Notes under the pieces: generated by a model
Seen by the model: the letters and a program-made list of their open reading frames with translations, nothing else
Told to the model about the DNA's origin: nothing
The model's database searches: none
Shown here: positions 10,001-21,671 of the stretch, piece by piece
How positions within the stretch are numbered: the first letter of the stretch is position 1
Layout of the letters: each line of letters begins with the position of its first letter
Translations under genes and position numbers: made by a program
DNA from: Pelagomonas calceolata
Lineage: Eukaryota
Assembly (NCBI GenBank): GCA_918797485.1
Contig: CAKKNE010000006.1
Span: 2,852,001 to 2,916,000, forward strand
Direction of reading: 5' to 3'
Length of the DNA stretch: 64,000 nt

Positions 10001-13000
10001 AGGCAAGCGCCTGTGGTATTCACTGAAAGATAAGAAGAACAAACAAGATAGAGGTATCCTCGAGTTGTACGTGGCCTACCGGCATAATGTGGATTTGGCT
10101 ATCATACCGGTACCGGAAGAGGCGGCGGTCGATAGCTATAAACAGCGGGACGCGAACGAGTTGGTTATAGTCCTCGTAAGGGCGAGGCACCTCGGGAAAC
10201 GCGGGACCCCGCCAGACCAGGGTCCTCTATCACGCGTGCGCATCACATCTGGATCCTGGGCCTCTTCCGTATCCACAGAAAAAAGGGGCATCTCGCCGCT
10301 ATGGCTAGAAACTTTTAGAATCGAATGCGAGGACTTCGAAGAGGTCATCAGGTTCGAAGTACTTGAGAACGACGACGTACTAGGACACACGACGCTAGAG
10401 GTCAAAACTTTGGCAGGAAGAAAACCGATCAGGAAATGGTTCAAGCTCGATGGACTCGGGGATTTGGATTTGTGTCTACACTGGCACCATTCTACAGCTG
10501 TAAAAATACCACCATTAGCCCTCGAAACGCAACCTTCCGCTGACAGAAGGTTGCCTCTGAATTCCCTAGTTGTTACTGTTTTACGATGCCGAGGCTTGCG
10601 GCGACAAGACCTCGAGAAACGCGGTCCGGTCGGGCGGGGTCGGGTGCGCAAGTCACGAATCGAAGATGAGGCACCAGTGGAAGTACGGCCGGCCAACCCT
10701 CGAGTCAGGATGGAAATTGGTAACTTACCCCATCAATCGACCGATACGTACACCGAAGCAGGTAGGTCAGTGACGAACACTTTTAACCCCAACTACATGG
10801 AGACGTTTCGGTTTGACGACGTGTACGATGGCGGACTCGTTTGTAGGATATATGTGGAACATACCAGTAACAAGAAGCCCGAAATGATGGGTAAATGTCT
10901 GTGTGGAAATCAACCAGTGCGTCGGCAGCACCGATGCGGCCGTGCTGATACGGTCGAGCGGAACCGGCACCGCCACGCCGTCGAGCAGGCGTCGCGTCGA
11001 TGGCGTGGGGGTCGACGCGAAGATTTCCACACAGGTAAGTGTGCCGTGCCGGTGAAAGCATTATCGCACCGACGAGCTCTACGAAGGTGGTTGACATTAG
11101 AGGACAAGAAGGGCCGAGCCGACCCTTCATTGGGTAGAATTGAGTTGTGTCTGAGGTGGTGCCACAACCCGGAGCTCGAGGTCGAGTTAACTGAAGAGGG
11201 TGCTAGGGATCCGCACATGTCCAAAGCTCCGAACGAGTTGTTCGTCGTACTTATTAGGGCGAGAAACCTCAAACCCCAATCGAGGAAACACGACCAGTCG
11301 AAGCAGGCCGACCCTTTCGTTGTGTTGAGTTGCGCGGGCAAGGAGACGCGAAGTACGACAAAAAAAGCTACTTTAAATCCACGATGGGTCGAGCGCTACA
11401 CCTGGGACGCCGACGACGCTTCCGATGTCTTAGATATCGAGGTGCGGGACGCCTGCGCGTATACCGGGGCTGATTTTTTAGGTAGAGTGGGCGTGGAAAT
11501 GGACCAGCTCCGGAAGAGACATGCGTTGAGGAAGTTCTTGGTGTTGAAGAACGAGGAGGATTATAGGGATGACGAGCGGGGCGAAATTGAACTCTTGTTG
11601 CACTGGCGGCACAACCCGCACTTCACTCCTAAAAAATTTCCCGAGGAAAGTCCGTTTTCTCGGCGTTTCCGAACTTCAAGTTGCGTCGACGGGCGTCGAC
11701 GGGCGTCGATGCGGCCGTCCGAGAGTCTACGCGTCGCGCGAGAGCGTTCCCCGCGCAGGCGACAGCTACGACAGACCAGGTAAACCGAACTGCTTAGTCG
11801 TCGTTTTAGTAAGGGCGAAGAAGCTTAAAAGATTAGAAAAATACGCGGAGACGCCGGGGACCACCGACCCGACCTGCCTACTCACATTAGACGGCGAGAA
11901 AAAACGGTCACGAACCGTGGAAAATCAGTTGAACCCCCACTGGAACCAGAGCTTCAAATTCAACGATATTGAGGACCTGAAGCTCGATCGGGACACGCAG
12001 CATCACTTACATGTTGATATCTTCGACACGGATGCTGATGGTGAGACGACGAGTATCGCCTCCTGCAAGGTACCGTGTTTCAAGTTCCGAGACCGGAAGC
12101 CGCACCGAGCGTGGCACTGGTTGCATCGTGGGAACGACGGGGCCCAATCATCAGGCAAAGTGGAACTCGTGTGTAGATGGGTCCACGACGCCTCGTTAAT
12201 TTTACCTGTGGATTTGAATAACGTCTACGAGGACGAGGGGTCGGAGGTCCAGCAGCCCAACGAAATCACGGTGCACGTCGTTCGTTGCCGCCAGTTGATC
12301 AGAACGAGTCGCACGCTGGCGTCGAAGGACACCAGCAACCCCTTTGTGCGCGTGAGTACGACGTTCGAAAGTAAGAGGACGAAGACCGCTCGGCGGACGG
12401 TCGCGCCCGTCTATCAGAAACGGTTTTCGTTTGAAGGGCGACAAGGTGACCACGACCTGCTGGTGGAAGTGTTTGATAGCTCTACCGAGGAGCCCTTATT
12501 TATGGGTAGAGCTAGATTAGCTTTGAAAGAACTGAGAGAGCGCAAACCAATCAGAAAATGGCTGACGTTGACGGACGAGTACGGGCGGAAGGACAAGCGA
12601 CGAGGTCAAGTAGATATTGTATGCTGGCACTTCTATAGGGGTAGGTATGTTGTTAGTATACCGAATTCTGTAGAGGACGACCCCGCGGTGGAAGGCCCCT
12701 GCAACCAGATCTGCGTCTGTTTAGTTAGATGTTGGAATTTACCGGTCAGACAACATAAAAGTAAAGATGCCGTGCGCGCGGCGGATCCCTTTGTTGTTTT
12801 GCGGTGTGGGGAACAAGAAAGAGCGACGCAAGTCGAGGAGGGCACGGTCCATCCCTTGTACCAAGAAGTGTATAAGTTCCTGGCGCCGGAGGAGACCGAA
12901 GTTCGTGTAGACGTCTGGGATTACGACGGGTGCGTATCTCCGCGTTTTGAAGTGTTGCGGCGCCTTCACGCCATCGACGCGCGTCGTCTCCGGGAGAGGA

Positions 13001-14975
13001 TGTCGTGGCTGGTTTCTTTTTCGATTTTGATGCTCCGCGCAGGTTGCGGGCGAACGCCTGGGTCGGGTCGTGCACGCTGAAGACCTGTGATATTGCTCGC
13101 GACAAGGACGAGGCGTACCGGGTCTGGCTTCCCCTCAGAGATGAATTTGGGCAGATCAAAACGGGTTTAGTTGAATTGTACGCTCGGTGGCACACGTCTT
13201 TGAAGCTCTGGTCTCCTGCCACTGATGTGATAGAAGTAGCAGAAGGCGTGACCGAGGAACGAGTCTATAGACCAGGAAAACCGACCGGTATTTGTCCGGA
13301 ACAGCTTGTGTGCATCGTGAGATGCGTCAACGGTCTCCAGAACTTACGGCCAGGCACGGCTGTTTGGTGTAGAGTGAAAGTTCGCCAGCAAAAGTTCCAA
13401 ACGACGCCGAGACGCGTGACGGACCACGATTCCGTATATATCCAAGAGAGGTGCCATTTCTACGTCGATGGCGTCGAGGGTCCGGGCCACTGGGACGGGC
13501 CTGCTATAAAAGTAGAGTTGTACGCCGCTTCAAATGCGTCGTCTTCACCAGATTGGTGTACGGTCTTAGCGGCGTATGACGTGCCCATTCATCAAACGTA
13601 CATGAAAAATGAGGCTACTGTCGTACGAGTCTCGGAGGACTTCTCAGTCGAGTTGTTTCTGCGATGGAGGCACTTACGAGACGCGCGGACCTACGAGGGC
13701 GCGCAACGCATGAAACGAGAGGAGAAGAAGCCCAAGACAGGCTTGGGCCTCGCCAAATTCCTGGAGAACGCCCAGCAGTACGGCGAATCCGACGAAGAGA
13801 GTACGGTGGCTTCGAGTAGTGAGTCGTCGCATCTTCGCGGTTATGTGTCCGAGGGTCACGTGTCGTCGTCGGACGAGGCATCGTATGATGACAGTGACGC
13901 CGTCTCTGTTCTTGTAAAAGTCGAGGCTTGTCGAGGCGTGCCGGCGCCTCGATTTGTGGAGCTGGAGGCGTCGGTGAGTGTCAGTGCTGTCGACGCGAAC
14001 AACCAGGACGACCTGTTCGAGGGGTCGTACGCCACAGAAAAGGCTCATGCTTCGTTTGAAAGTTCGCACGCCGTCGGAGCTAAATTTGCTGATATCGCAT
14101 TTGCGTCGGAAGAGCGCATGGTCGTGTCATCCTCATCCATACTACGCTTCTCATTATCGGCGCAGGGCTCCATACAAGAACGTAGATATGTCTCGAAGAA
14201 GCCGTTACGGTGTCTCGGGTTCTGTCGCCTGTGGCTCAAAGGCTCGAAACCGCGTTCAATAACAAAGTGGCTCCAGATCAACGGCGGCTCGTTGTCCTCA
14301 GACGAGTGGACGCACGATAGAGGAGAGTTGAAAGTTACTGTTACTGTCGAAGGGCCGGCTGATAGCGATGAACTACTAGTAGATGAGCCCTGGCGCCAGG
14401 ACATAGAAGAGTCTCCACCGTTTGGACTAGAGTCGTTAAGAGACCTCCCACCGCTCCAGCACAAGCATCTGACGCCGTTAGTTCTACCAGAGACGTATCT
14501 CCATACGGGCGGGTTGCCAGGAATTAGAAAGAAGAACGCGCGGGCTTACCGTGAAGCATTATCCAAACTACCGCTGCTGGACGCGACGGATGAAAAATCT
14601 AAAAGAAGACTAGTCGAGCAGCACTTCATGCGGGTAGCAGGTTACGCCGTGGCGTCTCGAATCTTGTCGAAGTCGCTGAAGGCCAACGATCTACCGCCAC
14701 CCGGCAAAAGACGCTTCGACGGGTCGGGCTACTTCTACCCCGCCGGGGCGCCGGACCCTCGACGGCCCCGAGGCGCGTACCCGGACACAAAAGCCAGTAC
14801 GTTAAGGTACGATTCAAGTGTAGCGTGGCGCGACAGACTGGCCGACGCCAAGGAGAAGATCGACCATAGCAAGCCCGTCGCCGATCCCGGTGCGAAGCTT
14901 TGGAGGTGTGGTCGCACATTCTCATTGCTGCCGGGGAAAAGGAAGCCAGGGGAGGCGCTTCCGACTGTGAGTTAG
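7026..14975 (+). CDS. giant multiple-C2-domain protein (~2,476 aa, 5 exons)
   Basis: Exons 7026-7905, 8059-10890, 11035-11649, 11759-12929 and 13043-14975 total 7431 nt and join three ORFs in frame. About ten C2 repeats (SDPF/Y...TLNPTW...DxD...FMG). Splicing restores DHDDIG|SDDFMG and VWDYDG|LRANAW. Confidence 0.85.
7906..8058 (+). other. GT-AG intron (153 bp, in frame, stop-free) with Introner-like core
   Basis: Removal restores the C2 loop DHDDIGSDDFMG; contains GCGTCGATGGCGT. Confidence 0.8.
10891..11034 (+). mobile_element. Introner element (intron-forming MITE-like DNA transposon), CTGTGTGGAAATC family
   Basis: TIR CTGTGTGGAAATC (10899) ... GATTTCCACACAG (11034); 8 bp TSD GTAAATGT/GTAAGTGT. 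The donor GT comes from the TSD and the acceptor AG from the TIR end; removal gives MMGKCAVP. Confidence 0.9.
11650..11758 (+). other. GT-AG intron (109 bp)
   Basis: Bridges the frame change between ORFs 7026 and 11569 (PEES|DSYD); contains GCGTCGAC repeats. Confidence 0.75.
12930..13042 (+). other. GT-AG intron (113 bp) with Introner-like core
   Basis: GTGCGT donor and CGCAG acceptor; contains CACGCCATCGACGCG; bridges ORFs 11569 and 13005. Confidence 0.8.
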
Positions 14976-14987
14976 TACTGTTTACTC

Positions 14988-16172
14988 TTAGCTAGATGGG
15001 TCGTCGTGCGCATCGCTCGGCGTCATCGCGGCCATGGCCTCGCGGATGGCACTCACTTCGCGGGCTACGAGCGCGGCTCCAGCACATCGCAGCTTGCTCT
15101 CAAGCATCGTTACCAGCGGGTGTGCGCCGCCAAACACACGCCGCGCGGTCCGTTCCGCATCCTCGAGTGTCGTCACAGCCTCACGGAGATCGTCGAGCGT
15201 GGCGCCGTCGTCTTTGTAGAGCGCTACCGCATAAGCTTTCCTCATCCTGAGCGTGACTTCATTCCTCTCGCCGAAAATGCGTCGCGCCACGGGCATCGTT
15301 CGGCGCAGCAGTGATTTGGCTTCTTTCAAGCGCCGTAAATTGACGAGGGATCCTGCGTAGTTGTAGGCTGCTTGGAGGGTAAGTGGATACTCCTCGCCGT
15401 TTAACTTTAGACGTCCGGAGTATACGTCTCGCTCTATGCTTAGGGCCTTTTCCATATTTCCAAGCTCTCCATACGTGACCGCAAGATTGCTCTGCGCAAC
15501 GAGCACGTTTTCTTCCGATGCGCCAAGGCGCTGCTTCATGGACAAAATAGCCTCTTCCACGGACAACGCGTCCTCGTGGTGGTCTGCACTGGATAGGCCG
15601 CTACCAAGCAGCGCCATCGCAGCTCCCGGAATCCAGTCCGCCTCCGGCCGCCCCAGGTACGTCTTCCAGCACGCCCACCCGAGCGCGCACAATACGACGC
15701 CGTGGTATTGTTGCTCGCACAGGCTACACGTGTGCCACCGCTGGAACCTCTCATCAAACGCCTTGTCGCCCAAATTGTTCTCCTCGGCTTCCGCGACCAA
15801 AATCTTCGCCTGCTCCGCCAAGCACGACACGTGCACAAAACCAGACGTCCCGCGGCACGCGCACCCGCGCACGAGGCCCTCCTTCGTCTTCCAATGGAAG
15901 GCCTGCGTGCAGATGAAGCACGTCTGGCCCTTCGTGTCGTCAGCGCACGCCTCCGCCGCGACCGCGACGGCCTCTGTGTACTTGTTATTTGCGTTGTATT
16001 GCTCGGCGCCGCCTGCCTTTTTTATTGGTTTGCAGAGCGTGTCGTGGCCGCCCTCTTTCCAATGCTGCACCTGGCATTCAGGCCCACAATAGCGCGTGCT
16101 GCAGCGGCCGCATTTCTTGCCCAGTGATAAGCCAAGCTCGGTGGCGCAGACGGCGCATTTTGTGAGGATCAT
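14988..16172 (-). CDS. zf-MYND + RING-CH + TPR (kinesin-light-chain-like) protein
   Basis: CAVC...CGRC...YCGPECQVQHWKEGGHDTLC (MYND); CFIC...GCACRG...VHVSCL...CSLC (RINGv); C-terminal TPR-like repeats. Confidence 0.85.
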   Translation of the reverse strand: MILTKCAVCATELGLSLGKKCGRCSTRYCGPECQVQHWKEGGHDTLCKPIKKAGGAEQYNANNKYTEAVAVAAEACADDTKGQTCFICTQAFHWKTKEGLVRGCACRGTSGFVHVSCLAEQAKILVAEAEENNLGDKAFDERFQRWHTCSLCEQQYHGVVLCALGWACWKTYLGRPEADWIPGAAMALLGSGLSSADHHEDALSVEEAILSMKQRLGASEENVLVAQSNLAVTYGELGNMEKALSIERDVYSGRLKLNGEEYPLTLQAAYNYAGSLVNLRRLKEAKSLLRRTMPVARRIFGERNEVTLRMRKAYAVALYKDDGATLDDLREAVTTLEDAERTARRVFGGAHPLVTMLESKLRCAGAALVAREVSAIREAMAAMTPSDAHDDPSS

Positions 16173-16235
16173 CCAGCAAGTTGGGCAGCCCGACAGCGTC
16201 GTAGCCTCCCGTTTTTACGCTGGCCGAAACAACAA

Positions 16236-16260
16236 GCTAGAGGCGTAAAGACACTAGCAA
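16236..16260 (+). promoter_or_regulatory. CTAG-bounded palindromic upstream element, copy 5
   Basis: GCTAGAGGCGTAAAGACACTAGCAA, in the divergent gap between ATG 16172 (-) and ATG 16369 (+). Confidence 0.5.
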
Positions 16261-16368
16261 GCCAGGCAGGCAGCCAACATCGGGCGCTAGACGCAACGAG
16301 GGAAAGTGCGGGACGCCGCGAGTGTTGTACAGCATCAGCACATCCAGTTCGTGTCGAAATTTGGACCA

Positions 16369-17657
16369 ATGCAGGCCGACTCAGCCCCAGCAACGCGCTG
16401 CTCCATATCGGTGCGCCAGGGCGGCAAACGCGTCGCATTGATGGAGTTGGACCCTTCGACGACGCTGCGCGAATGTTTGCAGCAACTACCAGCGACCGTC
16501 GACGCGCCGGCGCTCGTCGACGACGCGTGGCGCGGACCCCTCCCCAGAGACGGCTCGACGTGCGGCGCCGCGGTGCCCCTCCGGCCGGACCAAATCAATG
16601 AGACGCTCCAGGCGCTCGGCTGGTTCCCGTCGGGCGTCCTCGAGCTCGGGGACACCGCCCCAGCGGCGAGGCCGACATCATCCGCTGCGACGGCGCCGCC
16701 GTCGGCCCTCTTCGCCGCCGTGGCCTCGAGACACGACGCCGCCGACGCCTTGACCGGCAACGGTATCAGCGGTAAAATACGAACGAGCCAGGCCGACGCC
16801 GCCGAGGACGCCAGGCGCGACGCCGCCGCGGCGCGCATCGACGCGCAGCGCGCCACGGCGGCGACGAAGCGCGACGCGAAGACGGCTTCATTAGTATGGC
16901 AGATGATGGCCAAGCGCCACGCCTGTGGTAGGTCGACGCTGCGCGAGGAGGACCGCGTCTACCTCGTGCTCGAGCGGCCAAGCCGCGCGGCGCGCTACTG
17001 CTTCTTCTCGGCGCAGGACACGTGGGGGCGCGCGCGCGACGCCCTCGGCGGCGCCGGGGCCCTCGCGCGGAGCGACGGCGCGACGGCGTCGGCGAACGAC
17101 ACGCTCGGCGCGCTGCGCGCGCGCGGCTGGCTGGGGAACTTCGCGGTCGTGCGCTTCGTCGACGCGCCCGGGCCTGCGTCCTCGACCACCGCGCCGGCCG
17201 CGCCGCCAGCGGCCGCGCCCCCGTCGCCAGGCGCCGCCGGTACGCCCGCCGACGCGACCCCGGCGCCGCCCGCGCCGCCCGCCGACGCCTACGTCGTGAG
17301 CTTCGTGAGGCTCCGGCGTCCCGGCGCCTTCTCTACTGCCGCGCATCGTCCACGGCGCTGGGCTCACCTCGGAGCTTACGAGGTCGACGCTGCAGTCTGC
17401 TCGATGGCGTGGCCGTCCGCCTCCACGCCATCGACGCGACGCCTCACCGGTCGCTTCGCGCGCAGGAGGGCAAGGAGCACCGCATCGCCGGCGTGACGAC
17501 GGTCGGCGAATTGAGAGATGAGGCAGCGAAAGCCTGCGGCCTCGCGACGTGCCGCCTCGTGTACAAGGGCGACCTCACGAGGGACCCCTCCCAGAAACTG
17601 GAAGCGACGAAGCTGCGGCCGGGCGCGAAATGCCTGGTCATGCGCGCTAGGAGATAA
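16369..17657 (+). CDS. protein with UBX-like, ZFAND1/Cuz1-type ubiquitin-like and C-terminal ubiquitin-like domains (2 exons)
   Basis: LDPSTTL...TLQALGWFPSGVL (UBX-like); AKRHACGRSTLREEDRVYL...FFS...WGRARD; after intron 17305-17465, TVGELR...RLVYKG...KLRPGAKCLVM (UBL). Confidence 0.65.
17305..17465 (+). other. GT-AG intron (161 bp) with an inverted pair of Introner cores
   Basis: GTGAGG donor and CGCAG acceptor; TCGATGGCGTGG...CCACGCCATCGACGCGACG. Confidence 0.7.
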
Positions 17658-17664
17658 CATACAC

Positions 17665-18081
17665 TTACATGGCCTTCACCTTCGTGGCCTCGCTGTCCAG
17701 TTCTAACGAGAAGGGGATCTTCTGCCCCCCGTTCGACGCACCGGGCAGCTGCACGGCGACGTTGAGCGTGACGGCGTTCTTCGTCGCATCAAAAGGTGCG
17801 GAGGTCACCTCGGCGTTGTCCTTTTTGAGCTTTTTTATGAGGCAGTCGTCCGGAGAGGTGGCGGTGAGCTTAATTTCGTCATCCGCAAAGGTGTAGGGCT
17901 CGTCCTGGCACGAAATGCCGAGAGCTCCAAAAAGCTGGATGTCGAGGTGCGTCGAGTTCTTCACGGTCAGCTCGGCGCCGATCTTCTGCCCTAAGAACTT
18001 GTCTTGGCCTTTGTAGGCGCCTTTCGGGTACGGTGTTTGAGCGGCGGCCAGCGCCGCGGTGACGGTTATCGCGCGCAGCAT
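17665..18081 (-). CDS. small signal-peptide protein, unknown function
   Basis: ATG 18081 after an A-run (MLRAITVTAALAAAQ...); 138 aa, predicted beta-rich, two Cys. Confidence 0.65.
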   Translation of the reverse strand: MLRAITVTAALAAAQTPYPKGAYKGQDKFLGQKIGAELTVKNSTHLDIQLFGALGISCQDEPYTFADDEIKLTATSPDDCLIKKLKKDNAEVTSAPFDATKNAVTLNVAVQLPGASNGGQKIPFSLELDSEATKVKAM

Positions 18082-18649
18082 TTTTTGGCTTCTCCCTCTG
18101 AGATGCTCTCTTTTGGGTATTGCTGGCTGCGCGTTTCTGGCGCTTTTCTGGGAGGCGCTCTGGTGACGTGTGATGGGCACGTATGCGCTGTCGATATCTG
18201 GGCCTCGCGCACGGTAGCGAAGCGTGGACGGCCAAAAAAAAGGCTGAGACCGGGCAGAGGTGCGCGAAACCCGCGCGCATCTGCCGAGCTCAGCCGTCCG
18301 TTCAGCTGTCATATTATGAGTCTCTGGAGGACGGATTGCTCGGCGATGGCTGCGTTCCACGCAATGTGTCTAGACCGCCAGCTCCTTGTGGCTAGACCAC
18401 TGGGTCTCATAGAGCTGCTGCCGTAGCGCGTCGCGGAGGCGCCCCGCAACGTATAACAACGCTCGACAGCGCCGCGCTGCGGTTTCACAACACAACTACG
18501 CAATCGCCCGCGCCCCCGCCCGGGCAAAAACAATTGTTGTCCGACAGTGTCAGTGAGGAAGCTTTTTTGACACAGCGCGCGGCTGAATCATCAAGCGCCC
18601 TTCATCAAAAAAGCACCGCACGCCATCGCTGAGCAAGACAAGGAAAAAA

Positions 18650-19714
18650 ATGGAACAACCAGATCAGCAGCCGCCAGCACCGCCGCCGCCGCCGGGCGCC
18701 CGCCAAAAACGGGGCCCCAGCCGGGCGACGTCGGCACCATCACAACCGCAAGCGCCCCACCCCGAGACGACGGTGCTGTGGACCGACGCCGGCGCGGCAA
18801 GAGCCTCACCCCAACCGACGACGATAACGAGCCAACAACTACCTCCAACTCTACAAGCAAAAGTAGAGCGCTCCGACACGTTGGCCTCGCAAAAGACGCG
18901 GCCCGTCTCGCACATCGCGGCGGCGGCCGCCTCCCTACCGAAAAGACCTAGAATAGCCTCCCAATACGGGTCTGGTTCGGGCGGCGGGCCTCGAAGAGGC
19001 AGAACCTTCCCCGTGAGAACGTTAGCCGAGTGCCTCGCCTCCGACAACTTTAGTATCCTCGAAAAGTGGACTTTGGAACATGCCTCAAAACCCTACCCAA
19101 CCTCACAAGAAAAGCAAAAGCTCGCTGAGCGCTGCGGATTAGAACTTAATAGTGTACACACGTGGTTCCGGAACATGCGGAAACGAAAGTTTTTTCATTT
19201 GGAACGAGGCTCGCGGCCCCCCGCCGACGCCTTCGAGACGCAACTCCTCGCGTTCATGAAAGCGGAAGGACTCAAACCGCCCGAGGTGAAGGTCGTCACG
19301 CCGACGGCTCCAGAACCGAAGGAGCCGGCGCCGGTGGTACGCCCTCCATCGTTGAAGGGGACGCGCTACTCGCCGGCGGACATCCATCCGCCCCGACCGC
19401 TCGCGCCGGGCGAGCGCCGGGTGGTCGTCGAGCCGGGCGTCGGCGGGTCGTTTGGGGTCTTGCTGGATCGGGGCGAAGGGTGTGCGATCGTGGCGGGCTT
19501 CGCGTCCGACGAGGTTGCAGAAAAAACATCCCTGAAGGTGGGCGAGGTCGTCGTCGCGGCCGATCGTCGTAGGTTGGCGGGCGCGGCGTGGGACGACATC
19601 GTCGCCCGTATTAGATGTTGCGGGCGGGCGGGCGAGCCGCTGGAATTGGTGGTTCGTAAACCGAACCGCGGGCTCGACGCGGTCTTGGACGCGATCGAGG
19701 CCGTGGGGCATTAA
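18650..19714 (+). CDS. TALE-class homeobox protein with C-terminal PDZ-like domain
   Basis: LEKWTLEHASKPYPTSQEKQKLAERCGLELNSVHTWFRNMRKR (PYP loop, WFxN); GSFGVLL...LKVGEVVVAAD...PLELVVR is PDZ-like. Confidence 0.8.
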   Translation: MEQPDQQPPAPPPPPGARQKRGPSRATSAPSQPQAPHPETTVLWTDAGAARASPQPTTITSQQLPPTLQAKVERSDTLASQKTRPVSHIAAAAASLPKRPRIASQYGSGSGGGPRRGRTFPVRTLAECLASDNFSILEKWTLEHASKPYPTSQEKQKLAERCGLELNSVHTWFRNMRKRKFFHLERGSRPPADAFETQLLAFMKAEGLKPPEVKVVTPTAPEPKEPAPVVRPPSLKGTRYSPADIHPPRPLAPGERRVVVEPGVGGSFGVLLDRGEGCAIVAGFASDEVAEKTSLKVGEVVVAADRRRLAGAAWDDIVARIRCCGRAGEPLELVVRKPNRGLDAVLDAIEAVGH

Positions 19715-20099
19715 GTGTGTGTTTCCTGAGTCCCGTTCGTAGGCGCGGATTTCCAGGGGCTTCCGTGTTGTGTGTGGCCTCGTCGGCGGCGTCCCCTCGC
19801 CGAGAGTCGCTCCGCCCACGCTGGCCCCGCGCGTCGCGTCGTCGGCGCGGGCCGCGGTTTTTGGCTCTGGAGCTCTCCTGGTCGCATCGAGGGCGTCTGC
19901 CGGCGGCGAGGGAGTGCTTGCCCGGCGCGTCGACCGGCACGGCGGGCTCGACCGAGTTTGGATCGAGTCGCGGCTGCCATCTCCCGTGCCGTACGCGAGC
20001 CCAGCTGTTAGGTGCAAATTCCTTGCTTGCATCGCGTTGCTGGTTACAAATTGACAAGCGTTTGCTGCTAATCCGCCCGCGCGGCCGCTCCTTGCAGCC

Positions 20100-21671
20100 A
20101 TGAAGCTTGCAGCTCTCCTACTCGCTGCCTCTGCGGCCGCATTCATGCCGTCGTTGCACCCGCGGCGCATCAGCGTCGAGCTGGGCGCCAAGCGCCGGCT
20201 GAAGAAGGCCCTCAGCGACGCCAAGAAGCCGAAGCGCGCGTCCAAAAAGGCGTCGGCGGCGCCGGTGCGCTCGCTCGACGAGGAGATCGCCAAGCGCGAG
20301 CGGCCGAAGGGCGTCGCCGTCGGCGACTATCTGGAATCGCTGCGGGCGGCGGACCCCGCGCCAAAGGCCGCGGACGCTGCCGCGCTGTTCAACGAGGCCG
20401 AAGCCGCTGCGTCCGAAGCCAGCGACCTCAGCAAGCAGGCCGCGGCACTCGCCGACGATTCGGCCGCCAAAGCCGCGGCGGAGGTGGCCGAGGCGGCCGA
20501 GCGCGAGGCGGCGGCGGCGGCAGCCGAGACCGCGGCCAAGAAGGCTGCCGCCGAGGCCGCGGCGCGGGAAAAGGAAGCTCTGGAGCGCGAGAAGGCCGCC
20601 GCGGCGCAGCGCGCGAAGGAGGAGCAGGAGGCGCGCGACGCCGAGGCCGCGCGCCTCGCCGCGAAGGCCGAAGCCGAGGCCCAAGCGAAGGCCGAAGAGG
20701 AAGCACGCGTCGCCGCCGAGAAGAAGGCGGAGGAGGAACGGCTCGCCGAGGAAGCTCGCATGGCTGAGGAGGCGCGCCTGGCCGAAGAGGCCCGCAAGGC
20801 TGAGGAAGCTAGGATCGCGGAAGAAAAACGCATCGAGGAAGAGCGGATCGCTGCTGAGAAAGCCGCCGAAGAGGCGCGCCTGAAGGCTGAGGCCGAGGCG
20901 AAGGCCAAGGCCGAGGAGGAGGCCCGCATCGCCGAGGAGAAGCGGAAGGCCGAGGAAGCTAGGATCGCGGAAGAAAAGCGCCTGGCCGAAGAGAAGCGCC
21001 TCGCCGAGGAGGCGGCGGCGCGCGGCGACTTGGTGTTGGCCGCGGCGGACGCGGCGGCGAGCTGGCCGCCGGCCGCGGCCATCGGGCCTTTGCAAGATGC
21101 GCTCGCCAAGGCGGCATCATTAGGCATCACGGACGGTAATGATGTGGACGCCGCGAAGGACGCGATCGCGGCGGCCGAGCGCATCGCGGCCCTCGCCGCT
21201 GAAGGTGCTGAGGTCCAGCCGAAACGCAAAGCGGCGGCCAAGGCCGCGCAGGACTGGCAGGTCGCGCGCAAGGTCGAGGGCCTCCGCGCGGAGGGCGAGA
21301 AAGTTATATCGAGGCGGGCCGAAGGTGCTCAAAAACTGCAAGCATACGTGAAGGAGACGCGGGCGGCGGCCATCGTCGGCGACTGGGCCGACGCCGACGG
21401 CATGCTTTGTAGATTGAAAGCAGACGGCACGGTCCTCGTGCCGCCGTCGCGTGGTTCTGGAGGCACCTGGAAGGTCGTCGACGAGGACGGCTTCTCGACG
21501 TCGATCGAGCTCACGCTCGCGCTGGCCCAGACGACGCGCAACGGCGTGCCCGCCGGCAACCGCGAGCACACGCTCCGGGGGAGCGTCGCGTCCGGCACGA
21601 TGACTGGCACGGTCGAGACGACGATGTTCGGCTCCGTGGCACGGGGGGACCTCGAGCTGACGAAGATGTGA
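20100..21671 (+). CDS. plastid-targeted Ala/Glu/Lys-rich coiled-coil protein, paralogue A
   Basis: MKLAALLLAASAAA-FMP (ASAFAP-like); EEAR(I/L)AEEK repeats; C-terminal ~215 aa nearly identical to 22131-23330. Confidence 0.8.
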   Translation: MKLAALLLAASAAAFMPSLHPRRISVELGAKRRLKKALSDAKKPKRASKKASAAPVRSLDEEIAKRERPKGVAVGDYLESLRAADPAPKAADAAALFNEAEAAASEASDLSKQAAALADDSAAKAAAEVAEAAEREAAAAAAETAAKKAAAEAAAREKEALEREKAAAAQRAKEEQEARDAEAARLAAKAEAEAQAKAEEEARVAAEKKAEEERLAEEARMAEEARLAEEARKAEEARIAEEKRIEEERIAAEKAAEEARLKAEAEAKAKAEEEARIAEEKRKAEEARIAEEKRLAEEKRLAEEAAARGDLVLAAADAAASWPPAAAIGPLQDALAKAASLGITDGNDVDAAKDAIAAAERIAALAAEGAEVQPKRKAAAKAAQDWQVARKVEGLRAEGEKVISRRAEGAQKLQAYVKETRAAAIVGDWADADGMLCRLKADGTVLVPPSRGSGGTWKVVDEDGFSTSIELTLALAQTTRNGVPAGNREHTLRGSVASGTMTGTVETTMFGSVARGDLELTKM

